DNA of 63,999 nucleotides, filler included, from Porpidia crustulata (Eukaryota): NCBI GenBank assembly GCA_964255105.1. It is 14 parts of 14 records of this genome, joined end to end, with 100 filler letters (N's around TTAATTAATTAA, not from the genome) between each part and the next. Parts side by side here need not be neighbours in the genome. Positions count along the whole stretch, not along the records: positions 50,777 to 55,277 come from CAXUWE010002068.1; positions 55,378 to 59,870 come from CAXUWE010002069.1; positions 59,971 to 63,999 come from CAXUWE010002168.1; 11 more parts are not named here. One strand, 5' to 3'. Shown piece by piece: positions 54,238 to 63,999 of this stretch (position 1 is its first letter; each line of letters starts with the position of its first letter). The notes under the pieces were generated by a model. It saw only the letters and a program-made list of their open reading frames with translations, ran no database searches and was not told where the DNA came from. The position numbers and the translations under genes were made by a program.

Positions 54238-55617
54238 GATGTGAGAGAAGAGAGAGGGAGGGAGGGAGAGAGAGTAAATAGATAGTACCAAGTAAGGGAG
54301 ATGTTTATCTGACAACGAATACGATGCCTAACTAGCTGACTTGTGGATGAGATTGACTTTTCTCTCTTTGGTTGCGTGATTTAGCGGGTCAAAGAGCGTG
54401 TCTAGTGGGGGTGGGAGTCATAGAGGTGTGTTGATGGGCCTATGGATACGTTGTATGGACACTTTGCGCCGGCTCATCAACCGTTCCATTTGGATTGGCT
54501 TGCTGATTAGATGATTTATTTCTAACGAATGATTTGCGCATACCCCAAAGCTCGAAGGTTACCTGAGGGAAGGGGGTGGAGGGGTCGGATGCAATGCAGT
54601 CAATCCGCTGTGGCTGATAAAGGTCGAAACCTACCACTCCAGCACAGATTTATATTTCTCCTTTTCTTCTTCAGTACTCATGTCTTCAAGGTCAGCGCGC
54701 GATTGTGTGTCGGCATCTGCTACATCTGACAACTCCAAATTGGTACTCTGCTCTCTAGATGAGCAAGATCAAAAACAAAGCTCTCTGCATTGACCCCCAC
54801 TATCGTTCCTAGACTTGCTTGCTTCTGCGTGGGATGCGCCATGAAAACTGGTTCGCCGCTCAAGAGGCATGAGACTAAGGTAAGTGTCAATGCTATCTAA
54901 TGTCTATATTTATGGACGATTTCATACCTATGATTCGACGGCAAGTCTTGATTGAGGCTGATATCAAATGCGTGGGATAACAGCCATTATCCCCCGGCTG
55001 AAACATTCGCGCCCATCCGATTCAACGATCAAGCGATCGTGACTTGGAACACTGCATGGAATATCACACCAAGATTCCGATTCGTAGCCAGCTGGATCTT
55101 GGTGTTGGTGTTGACAACTTTGTGTCAGAAGTACTCTCCGGATGCTTTCTCCGTCTTGACATTCATTGCCAGATAGAGGCAAACATCTGGTGCCGGAACG
55201 TTAAGGCCGAAAGGGAGCAGCTGTTTGGTTATTGTGTGAGTCAACTTTCTTTAACCCTACATGCATCACCAATTTTCNNNNNNNNNNNNNNNNNNNNNNN
55301 NNNNNNNNNNNNNNNNNNNNNTTAATTAATTAANNNNNNNNNNNNNNNNNNNNNNNNNNNNNNNNNNNNNNNNNNNNAGATAGATGTGATATCCAGATAC
55401 CAGTGGGATTCACTCAAATTGTTCACACATCTTTCATAGAAGGTTTGATCAAATCCGGTAATATTAATATTTCAAAGAAGAATATGGAATAGCCTCGGAG
55501 TCAGTGACGAGGTGTAGTGATAAGGCCGAAAGTCATGTCTCTACTTTGTAAGATCAAGAGGCAGGAGATCAAGGGAGTTTCAGAGGATCGAGAAACCATA
55601 TATGCATATACAGATTA

Positions 55618-58066
55618 TCAATGCTTCAAACTCTCGAGCCATACCACCAAGCGCTTCTTGATTATCACCCCGACCAATTTCCCAGAACCCTCCTCGACCA
55701 CACAAAGGTACCGCAAACCCAGCTTTCCAAACATTTCCACGGCATACTCCATCGGAGCCTTTGCACAGATCGTCAACGGAGTTCGATCAACAAACATTGA
55801 AAGATCGAATTCTCCTTCTTCGCCTTGACCAAGTAATCGGATGTGTGTTGTATTATCCCATATTTCCCCTAAATTAGTCAATCCGAAATCGAGCTCGCCT
55901 TCTGCAAGGTACCCCTGAAGCATGCCATTCTGGACTAGTACGAGACCTGCATCTAGTAGACCCCTTTCTTTCAAATGCTCAAGTTTCTCCTCCAAGACCT
56001 TTCTCGATACCATGTTGTTTTTGGGTACGTCGACGGTGATATCTTTCATTGTCTTTTCTGGTGGTATCAGGACCTCTACTAGCTCTCCAGCCTTCTGAAC
56101 CAGACCTAAAGCATGATCGAGGTCCAGAAAAGGGTGACCGAGCACGGTCTGTGCCAAGTCATAAACACCTTCTCTCTCCAATGCATCTGCCACCCATTTT
56201 GCTACTAGGATAGCAATCATATGTGGTACAATATATTCCAGCTCGCCCGTAAGCTGCGTCAAAGTCAGTGAACTCGTTATATTTGCTGTGTGATAACATA
56301 CCTCAAACATGATCACACAAAGTGATATGGTCATTCTAGATACACCAGCTAAAAAGGCAGCGGCACCAACCATGGCAAAAATACCAGGTGAAATATTCGT
56401 GATAAGTTGACCTACAAGCCTACCAAAGAACGCTCCACCGTCAAGGGCTGGGATAATAACGCCAGACGGGACTTTGCAACCAAAGGTGATTGTAGTGAGG
56501 ATGAGCTTCACAAGTGTTCCATAGACAAGCCATCCAATATATTTGGATCGGTCGTCCTCGGCTTCTCTCTTACAAACCCATGAATCGCTAGGGTCACGGC
56601 AATCAACCAGTAGATTCTTGATAATGACATCCCCAGGTTCTCTGGTCATCGGATTCGGATATTGTAAGAGACCTGTGGCTAGCACCACCAGGAAAACCTC
56701 AAAGACGGGATAGTTCTTGATGATATTATATTTCCGGAAACTCTTCGACCAGAAGAAATTCGCTTTGCAAAATACACCACCAAAAAGCCCTCCGGCCACG
56801 CCGAGCAGAACAAAGACCAAGTAATGAATGGCGGAGTAGGAAGTGCCATAGTTGGTTTCGAAAAGCACGAGCTTGCCGGTTCCAGTTGGATTAAGAGCTT
56901 TCAAGACCATTGCAGCAAACAAAGAGCAAAGAAATGCTCGCCAAAGAACCTTGCGAGGGAAATAGGTGCTGATCTCCTGTAGTACGATTAGCTGTGACTA
57001 GGTAGAATCAGAGAAGGGCAATACCTCATAGCTGAAGAGAACACCACCAATTGGCGCACCAAAAGCGACAGACAAGCCTGCGGAACAACCTGCGCTCAAG
57101 AGTTCACGCATTTTTCTACCATTCTCTCGATACTTGGGGAACATCATTCCAACCAGATATGCCACACAAGTAGAAATGTGAACAAATGGACCTTCTTTTC
57201 CCAAGCACATCCCTGTTGCAACTGCGAAGACTGCACCTAAAGCCTTGATAGCAAGGACCTTGAAATCGAGAAAGTGAGGAATGACGAAGCCCGAGAGGAT
57301 TGTCTTGATCTCAGGGATCCCTGAGCCAGCAGCAAGGTACATGGATTTCCCAACAACTCCCTGATCGCCGCCATGTATGGATTCCCGATGCTTATCACCG
57401 TGCCCCGGCGCGGCAGCAGGGAGTGATGACTTGGTGAACATTGTGACGGAAGAGCTGATAATCCCGAAAGCGAGGGCAAATCCGACATATATTCCAAACG
57501 ACCTCCAAAAGTCAAAGGCCCACATATGCCATTCTCCGCAACCTTCCCCGAGGTTAGCTTTGGTCGTCCCTAGCGGCTTACGATCGGTGCAACAACTCTC
57601 TCTGTTCCAGAAGACATTTGTGGAGCAATACCCCAGTTTCCAGTCGCTCACGGTGGCTTCCGCCACATCAACGAGGAAAGCGACACAGGCTGTCAGAATA
57701 CCAATCATGGCGGCTGCAATCCATCCTTGACAAGAGTCAAAAGCAGCGTACAGGCCATTCCGAATGCCTGGCTTGGAGTGGATCGAACGAAATCGAAAGG
57801 AGTCTTTGACCTACAGAGTATCAGCGCCAGAGTCGATCCAGGTTCCATAATCTTACCAAATCATGAAGCCAGTCGATAGTAGTATAGTCATTGTACGGCA
57901 GCCTTTCGCCGACAGGGGTCTCGGATAATGCTAATTCTTCTTTGCTGATATGAGACAACAGTATCGAATGGGCATCATCTTCCTGCTGAATAGCGCTTAA
58001 TCGCCTGTCATTGGCGGCGTAGAGAAGATGAGTTCGCTCATTGGACTGCTCCACATCTGGCGGCAT
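55618..58066 (-). CDS. CLC-family chloride/proton antiporter (Gef1-like)
   Basis: TTIDW, GSGIPEIK, GKEGP (gating Glu), FSYE|EISTYF (proton Glu), PSGVIIP, FE|LTG, GVYD, C-terminal CBS pair; three introns. Confidence 0.95.
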
Positions 58067-58869
58067 GGCGATATTGAAGTAGAGAGTGGTTGACAAACAA
58101 ACAAGATGGGAACATTATGAAACCGAATTTGGCGAAGATGATGCATCTTGCCTTGCTTTTTCCGACATAGCAGCAAACAGCCTGCATGTATGGAGATTCC
58201 CTTTCCTTATCGGGGCCACCTTTATCATCGTGCGGCCCACAGAGATAAGCTTGCGAGTAGTGCCATCCTGGGTTCTGATAGGCGCTCGAAGCAGCCTGTG
58301 CGTGACGACTGGGGATGCGTAGACCATCTCATCCTCCTCAAATGGTCGTTAGGATGTACATCTTGAAGGTCGGCGTGTTCCAAGATAGAAAGTCAATTGC
58401 CGTTGGACGGTTGGGTACCGTACTCGTGCGTAGCCACTCCGTATGCATGATAGGGTTACACGATGTGTTGGCGGCTCGCAGCAGACCCCTGGCGAGTCAC
58501 GAGATCAAATTCTCGAATCGTGCATCGTCCATGTAAACTTTACAATTTATCGTGCATTCATGTCCCTCCAATCTTCTATACTCTGTAAGTTTGCTCCGAA
58601 AGCCTCTTAAAGGCCAGGAACGCGACCAGCCGTACCATAAGACGTGGCTACAATTCCCGGCTTCTGTTCGCTATCCCAACAATTCCAATGATGCAGGGGC
58701 GTCGCCTCTGCCATTGGTTAAAGCATGGTGATCAGAGGCCACAATGGCGTAAATAGGACCTTCCAATACTAACGGAAGACTCATTTCTAGGGATATCTCC
58801 AACATTCAGAAGTCGTATGATTATCATTAGACCTCCGTGTCTAGGCCTCAGCGCTTCAAACCCTCAGCC

Positions 58870-59870
58870 ATGTCCCCCACCAACGTGAACGGTGACGTCG
58901 TAAACAAGATCCGTCATATCCCTTTGTCCTACAACAATGCCGATTCTCAAACCTCAGCATTGCGGCTTGTCTTGACGCTTTTCCCAGAATGGGAACACGA
59001 GAACGGAACGGTAGAGTTCATTCGTTTTACGGACGGCATCACCAACACCGTACTTTTCTCCCTAGTGCTAGAACCATATCTCCAGTTTGCAAACACCGCT
59101 AATACTCTTGAATCATAGCTTTTGAAAGCAGTGAAGCGACGACCTGGCTATACAGAGGAACAGATAGACAAGGAAGCTGTTCTTTTGCGGGCGTACGGAA
59201 AAGGTACAGAAGTTTTGATCGATCGTGAGCGTGAGTATTTCGACGCTTCCATGTTGACAGTTCACTGACTAAATCCAGGAGAGACCACCTCACATTCCCT
59301 TCTTTCCCAGCACAATCTTGCTCCCGCTCTGCTTGCCCGTTTCCAAAATGGCCTCATCTACAGATTCATCCGCGGCCGAGTCTGCAGTCCGGAGGACCTG
59401 CGCCGCGAACCAGTCTGGCGGGGGGTAGCACGAAGACTGGGAGAATGGCACGCTTTACTGCCGATTGTATCACTAGGTGATACAGTAACGTCAGAGGAGT
59501 CCGACACGGAGACCTCACTTTCACTTTTGCCAGCCAAGACTATTCCCTCAGTATCTGCAATCAACGCAATTACTCCAGGAAAGTCAACTCCGAACATATG
59601 GACCGTAATGCAAAAGTGGATCTTCGCTCTCCCAATCACCAATGAAGCGGAAGCGGAAGCGAAGCGGAAAGAAGTCCTCCAAAAACAGCTCGAGCGTTCG
59701 GTCTCCGAACTCGGTGAAACCCGCAGCCTTGGGAAAGACGGCGTACGCATTCCATATTTTCCACCTACTAAACTACGAACTAAAAATCTCTTCAGCTAAT
59801 CTTCGGCCACTGTGACCTCCTCTCTGGCAACGTAATCATCCAGCAAACCCACCCCCAGCCTTCCCAATCC
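58870..59870 (+). CDS. Ethanolamine/choline kinase, 3' truncated
   Basis: FTDGITNT|LLK, LLRAYGKGTEVLIDRE, LLARFQNGLIYRFIRG, Brenner motif FGHCDLLSGNVI. Confidence 0.93.
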
Positions 59871-62199
59871 NNNNNNNNNNNNNNNNNNNNNNNNNNNNNN
59901 NNNNNNNNNNNNNNTTAATTAATTAANNNNNNNNNNNNNNNNNNNNNNNNNNNNNNNNNNNNNNNNNNNNGTAAAAAGGATGTCTTTGGAATGTGGCTGC
60001 CTGGTGGGAAAGCGAATTTAAGTGATAGGTTTATAACCCTAAAGCTAAAGCCCGTACTCTATTTGGGGGGTGCGTACAGGTAAGCAAACGCGGTCTAGTT
60101 CCCTACAACTTTGGGGGTGCAAAACGTTGCTTCTAACCGTGCCGCATCTTTGTCCAATAGGAATACGGTATTGATTCCTTCAAGAAATACGTATTGAAAA
60201 GTAGAGCACTATCAAGGGATCTGCTTTATCTGTGAAGAGCGCAAGGCAAAATCAGGCGTCACAGCCATCTGCTTGCGGATTTGATTTAGGGCGGCGTAGA
60301 CTTCGGAATAGCCAATCCCGTTCAACCAGATGCGATTGACTTTTATTGTGCCATTCTCAGGCTTGATTGACAGTCCACATTCGCTGGTCGGTGCAGCTAA
60401 ATTTTCTGTCTTTTCTTGCAGCTGTCTCCTGCAAAACCCACACTCATTAATGCACGCATGGTCACTCGTCCAATTCCTTTTCCAGACTACATGCAATGAT
60501 CTTCCCCGCAAGATGTAATGGATGATCTTGTCGTGCTGTGCTATGTGTTCTAGCGGAAGACGTATAGATATAGGATATAAGGTAAGGTTCATTAGGTGCC
60601 GTCGACGGATCGTGCGGATTCTCTATGGAGGCCGGTCATGCAGAGCTTTAGTCATGCCGAGGACCACCTTTTCACGTCCTCGGAACGCTTTCGGTGTACG
60701 CACAGTATATGAAATGTCAGCAAGAATGCACGTTCGCTTGAAAGATGTGGCACAATCAAAATATGCCTCGTGGCACAGGCCAGTAACGTTTGCCATGCAG
60801 CATGGCGGGGCAGTCTCTCATAGTTCGACAAGGATCGAATATGATTCCGTCCACACCACCTCCAAGGTCATCGGCATATAGTACGTTGGAGGCGCTTCAG
60901 TAAGATTGAACTATTACCATGAAACCTGGTGTTCTTAGGAGTACAAGTCCAGAAGTCTTTGCAGTACAATTTTCGTCAGCCTTCGCCAGAATATACAGAA
61001 AGTATCATTCGAGTGAATTTGCCCAACATGTTCGAAGCCTTTCTCCAAGCCTTTCTCAAAGAAAAATATCTGGTGTTGTGGATTATGACGATATTTCTGT
61101 GTCTCATTTGTCAAAAGCTTTAACAGCTCACAAGCGCTCTAGTATGCAATGCCTCCACTTTTCAGATTGTTGGTTGCTTCGCATAGTCGAAGCAGTCGTA
61201 CCTTATAACCACTATGTAAGAGGCTGCGCGAAGAAAATTTGTCGAATATGACTACCTATTCGCTGGCGCAGACATGATAGATAGAGAATAGGCGAGTGTG
61301 GGATAATCAAAAACGCTCTTTCGCTCGGCTCATAGGACTTTTAGGCCAAGGGCATTATTTGGTTCAAGAACACAGTTGAAGAAAATATGTATGACGATCC
61401 ATTCTACCCAGTCTCGCACTCGGAAAAGCTTTCGGAACGAAGACCTCATTCTTCTAGTAATGTGATGTAGTATGAACTGAGTTGTCTGATGGCACCGTCG
61501 TTGAATGTAAGTACAGAAATAAGGTACGTACCTAAGGTGTCCGTTGAAGTCACTAGAGTAGAGTAGTGCACTTTGATCTTGCGTCATTTGCCAAGGATCT
61601 GTTTAGCGTTATCAATCCAAGCATGTCCGGCGATGTATATGGCAGTATTGGACTCCAATGACTCTCAATCGTATCCTAGACAGTAAAGTCCAGAGCATGA
61701 GTCTGATAATGTCTGGGTGATAATGGCTGAAACGAGAGTGTCGTATTCGCTTAGATAATCTACTGGTGGGTCAGCTCGAGCAGAATCTCTTCCGGCACAG
61801 AATCAATGCATGTAAGAAATGGTATTGGAAAAGGTGAAGGCGTGCTTAGGAGCTACTGGGTCTTGCAGAAAGGGGGATTGCTGGTCCGAAGCCCACCGTC
61901 CACAAATTGCTGTAAGATACCAGCCTTGCCGCACGCACGCCTTACTTGCTGCAGGACAATCATGGTGGAACCTTCTCAGGTCGATCGCTGACCGCACTCC
62001 AAATGCGAATTGACTCTTACGTATTGATCTGCGAGTCATGTTCTCCCCTTAGAAGATCATTGAACTACTAATGATTTCACGTCTCCCGTCCCAATTCATG
62101 TACATTCTTCGCTAGTTGTGCTTCAGAGTTCCACAACTCCTTGCTGTTAAATTCAAATCCTGTACTTCTACATTGATGAAGAATAAAGATTGATTCAAC

Positions 62200-63732
62200 A
62201 TGCCTTCGGCTATCGCGAATCTCACCCTTGAGCAATTGTCAATATATCCAATACTGGCGCCACCTGGAGGGGTACGTCCGAACTTTGGAAACGCGGAAAA
62301 CAGAAATATTCCAGTCCTCGTTGTAGCTGCTCTATTCCTTGTGATTATGCTCATCTTCTATCTGAATCGCGTATACACAAAACATTTCATCGTCAAGAAA
62401 TATACATGGGATGATAGTGAGTCATATCCACCATGCTTATAAGTCTAAGCATAGCTTATCTTGCATCCAGTGACCATTAGTTTCGCCGTCGTAAGTCCAA
62501 GAAGAAATTATTTTATTCTTTGAAGTCGAAGACGAATCGCTTATAAGCCATCCGATGATAGATTGGCTCGGTCACATTTTACTCGGCATGCCTCTGGGGT
62601 ACAGAATACTGTCCCAGCACAGGAATTCATTGATTGACCATCCTTTTTTACAGGAATAAAGCGAGGCAGAATGGGAAATCATGGATGGGATATTAATATC
62701 ACTCAATCGAGAAGCAAAGACCTTGTAATAGTTCGTCTCACCGTCCTTGCCGCAGAGAACTCATTGAGATGTTGACGATCTATAGCCCGCATACATCATA
62801 ACCGTCTTGTCGGCGCCGACGTTCTTGTTTCTCAAAGTTACATTCTTCATCATGTACCTCAACATTTTCGGACCAATGCGATGGCTAAGAACCTGTGCAT
62901 ACGTCGGCGCCTTGTTCTCAATCCTGTTCTATGGTACTTTGACAATACTCATATTCTTTTTCTCGACACCTGGACGCGGTCAAACCTGGCTCATGCATGA
63001 ATCGGCCAGAAACCCGCACGGTGCGGCAGATTTATCTATTCCACAATCATCAGGTGGTTTAGCCATCGATGTTGTCATATTGATACTACCTATCATAGCG
63101 GTTATGCAGTTGCAACTCCCAACGCGCCGCAAAATTGGGGTTGTGCTAATCTTCATGACGGGCATATTGTAGGGCAGAACTCTTGCGCTGTAGTAAGTCA
63201 CAATACTGATTGTTACAGAGCATGTTTAAGCTCTGGGCTTAGTATCTATTATCGGAATGTACTCAGCCATTCTCCAGACTTGATATGGAATATCTCGCCC
63301 GTTAGCACTGTAACGTGAGCCCCTCCTATTTCCAGCGCAACTCACAGGAATCGACTTACTGATCATCCAAGGGTTCTCGAGATGTATGTCGGAATCATAT
63401 GCGCTTGCACTCCAGCGGCAGCCAAATCCTTCAAGCACCATGTTCAGCGTTTCGACTCCCTCAGAACTTACATCAGCTCCTACCTTCCCGTCTCAAGTCT
63501 TAAACGGTTCAAAGAATCTTCTTACACTATGTCTAATGGATCTACGAAAGCTGAAAGAGAGAAGTTCAAGCACAGACAGTATTCAACAGTTGACGAGATC
63601 TATCGCTCGGCCCAAGGCAAAGGCAACAATATATCTACCTATGTACAGAGCGGGAAACATGACGATATAGAGAACGACGGGATCCACCTGACGTTTGAGA
63701 TGCAGAGTGAGGTCTCCAGAGCAGAACACTAG
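62200..63732 (+). CDS. PTH11-like (rhodopsin-domain) integral membrane protein, no CFEM domain
   Basis: LAPPGGVRPNFGN, RVYTK...WDD, GNHGWDI, LKVTFFIMYLNIF, IDVVILILPIIAVMQLQLPTRRKIGVVLIFMTG, EMYVGIICACTP; about seven exons including a ~20-nt microexon (62471-62490). Confidence 0.9.
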
Positions 63733-63999
63733 CAAGTCAATTATCCATAAGCAGATGGTCCCATACTAGTCCGTACCACATTTCAGATCTCTTCCATCTC
63801 TTCTTCTTAACTTTCATTGGTGGTTAATGGAGATATATGGGAGACTGAGATACTCGAAACGTTGCTACATACAAACTGGTGGGACTAGAAACGAAAGTCC
63901 CTTCCCCCAAAAATGACGGGGAAGCCTCAAAAGGCCACCACCTACTGGTTCAATTAGCTGTAGCATGTCTAATGTCATAGATTGAAGCTATACATATCA

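Noticed and set aside
54841..55277. Possible gene start with splice donors at the contig end
   Set aside because: I could not build a stop-free spliced model and recognised no motif.
59644..59667. GAAGCG hexamer run in the ethanolamine kinase
   Set aside because: A small in-frame slippage (EAEAEAK) in a variable region; no evidence of function.
59971..60170. Possible transposon end (TA|CCGTATTCC on minus strand, two TTTGGGGG(G)TGC motifs)
   Set aside because: No partner inverted repeat or transposase frame in the window.
60212..62039. Short ORFs upstream of the PTH11-like gene
   Set aside because: No coherent exon structure or recognisable domains; treated as intergenic or relic sequence.

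Overview
Eukaryotic DNA from a filamentous ascomycete (Pezizomycotina-type genes with short GT-AG introns and CTRAC/CTAAY branch sites). The window is not a contiguous locus. It is 14 contigs of about 4.5 kb, ordered by decreasing length and joined by 13 artificial 100-nt spacers (N44-TTAATTAATTAA-N44), so only within-contig neighbourhoods mean anything. Most content is housekeeping: LAMTOR1/Meh1-like, MFS transporter, MCM3, FYV7-like, HSL-like lipase, Hsp31/DJ-1, mannitol-1-P dehydrogenase, C2H2/fungal TF, MED22, CWC15, RRP45, L-galactonate dehydratase-like, acyl-CoA thioesterase, RCE1, APRT, CLC, ethanolamine kinase and a PTH11-like protein. The most interesting region is contig 2 (4632-9159). 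It holds a Fot1/pogo transposon end, a frameshifted cytoplasmic ankyrin gene, and a frameshifted secreted Kex2-processed protein whose repaired sequence shows the ADP-ribosyl-cyclase (CD38/Tox-ARC-like) motif order. This is a candidate fungal NADase toxin/antidote pair, apparently decaying. Other items not visible in the ORF track are an intronic box C/D snoRNA with an 18S guide, a GC-AG intron joining an orphan gene, and several microexon genes. All family assignments come from manual motif recognition; no searches were run.
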